This document shows, piece by piece, positions 61,577 through 64,000 of a stretch of DNA of 64,000 nucleotides. The notes beneath the pieces are model-generated. The model searched no databases, was not told the DNA's origin, and was given only the letters and a program-made list of their open reading frames with translations. The stretch comes from Utricularia gibba (Eukaryota; Plantae; Magnoliophyta), in assembly GCA_002189035.1 (NCBI GenBank), contig NEEC01000010.1, forward strand, positions 682,001-746,000, in the 5' to 3' direction. A program made the position numbers and the translations under genes. Each line of letters starts with the position of its first letter. Positions within the stretch are counted from its first letter, which is position 1.

Positions 61577-62712
61577 TGATGGTGATTCTGCAAGTGAACA
61601 GAAACCGTCGAATTAATAAAATAAGATCGTATCCATAGGGAATTGTTATTGGAATTTTCTTTTCAAATAAAGACTCGAAAAAACCGAAAACAAAAGAAAG
61701 ATTTGGTTTTAAAAACAAAAAGAAAAGTGGCATTAGATCTGGGGTCCATCTTGATCAAAACTCGCCCAAACTTGTGTGTGTAAACCTTGAAGACTGATCT
61801 GATTGCACAAGTTATGAGGGTGTTATTCTAAAATAATGCTACTTGGTAACCGTTATAGCACCGTCCCTCGTTTAGTGGGATTATGGAATCAACCATGCCA
61901 CCAGAGCCATTTCACCTCTTGTGATAACCCATGTTTTCCCCACACTCAAATCTAACCCCTACACCTCACACCTCGCAGACAGATTAGACAGAATGTGTCT
62001 TACCAACGGTGTCCGATTGAACCCTTCTCCTTAGGTGCTTGAGGCCAACCTTTGATTATTCCACACTCACTTAGGGTTATATGGTACTAAACGGCACATT
62101 GGTAAAGAAAACGTTGCGAAAAACAGAATCAAACCTCAATTTAAATATCGAAAAACATAGTAAAACAGTCACACGTGCAGGACTTGCGCAAGCAAGGCTT
62201 CACCGTAGATCATCAGCCGCAAATGCCTACATGCGCAGACTCGACTCAAACATGAAAATAGACACGAAAATAGGAAAGATTCAAAGTAAAAGTGGTCAAA
62301 GACATTTCTAATGGTTGAGAGAGTGAGGTATTTATAGGAGAGTAGATCCAAGTCTTCGTATTGACCTTATTCGATGGGCTTGGATAAAATCCTCTATCCA
62401 AATCTTTTATTCAAATCTTCAAAGATTTTCTTCACATCTCTATCTTATCCACAAATCTTGGATCAAATCTTCATCGTTTGACCGAGTCTTGGGCTGGGAT
62501 TCGTGGCCCATCAAGTCCATACTTTGGTAGATCTTGTTTCTTCTCAAATTGATCCAAAAGTACCCTAAAAATCCACAAAATACAATTTCTCTCCAAAAAA
62601 ATCAAAGTAGTGTAAAAGATGCAAAATCAATTGAGAATAATGAGAAAGTGGGGTCTAAGATAAGTAAAAACAACACTCAAGAGTAGTGGAATAACATGTT
62701 TTGGAACGACAC
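61577..62712. mobile_element. Solo LTR X3 (X family), last few bases apparently displaced by LTR Y
   Basis: Starts TGATGG and is colinear with X1 and the reverse complement of X2 up to ..GACAC. The terminal TTATCA and second TSD (expected CCAAT) are not seen in the window. Confidence 0.75.
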
Positions 62713-64000
62713 TTATAACACACATTTTTCCTAAAATTCATAACACAAAATAGCTATATTTTATCATGATTTAGGTTAGATAAATGTAGTTTTTCATGCT
62801 TTAGTGGTGTTTATGTTAATCCTATGTGATTATGTTGAAAAGTGGACTAAATCCTTTGATTTAGTCCACAACTCTTATTACTAACATTTCAGTAAGTTCA
62901 CCAAGGAGATGAGCCGAAAATCAAACTTGCAAACGTGTAAATCAAGCAAAAAAAGGGGCGCAAAATCCGGAGAAGGACAAAGAGCAATGTTCTGCCGCCA
63001 CCGCAGTCTGCAAGTTCAGGCTAGGAACAGTGCTGGCGGACAGCAACAGTGCAATGGAGTGAAGGAAAGGGGAAATTTATTTTTTCGAAAAAAGGAGGAA
63101 GGAGAATGGAGTGAAGAGACCGGGGGGGGGGACGCAAAGGGGTCTTCTTCCCCAACGGAAGAACACAGAGAGGGGGACGCAAGGGGGTCTTCTTCCCCAA
63201 CGGAAGAACACACAGAGGGGGGACGCAAAGGGGTCTTCTTCCCCAACGGGAAAAACACCAACCAGAAGGGGGAAGGGAGGCCTTCATCACCAAGAATAGC
63301 ACCGGAGCCCAGTCTAGTGCTACTGTTCCGGGCGGTGAACAGTAGCTAACGGGCGGAAGAACAATCTTTATTTACTTTCTAGTTTTCTGAACATTTCGAC
63401 TTTCTGCATTTTACTTGTTTACAATGTTTCTGCCATTTTGGCCAACTTATATGAATGAAATCGTGTTTTATTTCCAAAGCATGAGTGGCTAGAGTCTTAG
63501 GGATGCCTTAAGGAGAAGTGGGTGGTATGTGTTTAGATTGATGATGAAATTTAGTTGTCTTCCTTAACTCTTGTTCCTAACAAACCATGGGTAGACCTAA
63601 GGAGGGGAGCAAGTAGTTTCACAACTTAGATGCTTGGTTTAGAGGTAGACCAACAAACCAAGACAGGATCAGTCGGTGTTAGTCCAGGGTAGAACCAGTA
63701 GAACGGGGTAGACCTAGTTCTATATGCCTTGCATGTGGGTAGACTTAATTGCAATATTGGTTATGATATTGGAGACTAGCTTAAGCCAAAAATATGATGA
63801 ATAACCTGGGTAGACTTAGGTTATTTGAAGTTGTGAGTGTAGCAAGATAATAAATTAAGTTAGGAAGCTTAGCATAACACCACCCGCAGACCCTTAAGGC
63901 GTCCTAGTATTAGTCTGAGTCAAAACCAGTACCTGTTACCTTAGCGTAGAAACCTGATATTGCTTACCTACCTTGTTTACTGAACTTGTTTACCACTGTT
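62713..64000. mobile_element. LTR Y, runs off the end of the window
   Basis: Starts TTATAACACAC (likely decayed TGATAAC, compare solo LTR D). Shares the TAGGG.TGCCTT.AG.G motif with solo LTR A and carries internal tandem repeats. Confidence 0.6.
63122..63250. repeat. Three tandem ~45-46-bp GC-rich units inside LTR Y
   Basis: GGGGGACGCAA(A/G)GGGGTCTTCTTCCCCAACGG(AAGAACAC..) with the GACGC core at 63131, 63176 and 63222. Confidence 0.9.

Noticed and set aside
62081-62311. Homologous ORFs in X-family LTRs (62081-62311 + and 23219-23491 -) as a conserved hidden gene
   Set aside because: Hand comparison of 56 codons gave about 13 amino-acid-changing versus about 8 purely synonymous codon differences, which is not strong purifying selection, and the X1 copy has stops in this frame.

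Overview
Angiosperm (eudicot-like) nuclear DNA. It contains eight host genes in three islands. The first (0.5-9 kb) holds a RabC2 GTPase, a PMR6-type pectate lyase, a nodulin-like MFS transporter and XTH32. The second (36-47 kb) holds chloroplast RNP CP29B, NRT2.5 and VTE4/gamma-TMT. The third (56-57 kb) holds an ML-domain gene. Between them is a layered set of decayed transposons: a Ty1/copia element, a 3'-truncated Tat-clade Ty3 element, a degenerate CRM-like Ty3 element, seven solo LTRs (six with both target-site duplication copies visible) plus one LTR running off the window, a hAT element with a related MITE, three MuDR remnants, an L1 fragment and other MITEs. I found no convincing new multi-gene biological system: the genes are functionally unrelated and there are no RNA genes or CRISPR arrays. 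The best leads are (1) a 4 x 52-bp minisatellite upstream of VTE4 in which every unit carries a 5-codon uORF, (2) a copia element whose primer-binding site matches tRNA-Trp rather than tRNA-iMet and whose LTRs look chimeric, (3) templated filler DNA at a deletion in the Tat element, (4) antiparallel self-insertion of one LTR family, and (5) three neighbouring genes each broken by a single missing G in a G run, most likely assembly error. All family assignments come from recognised motifs; no database search was run.
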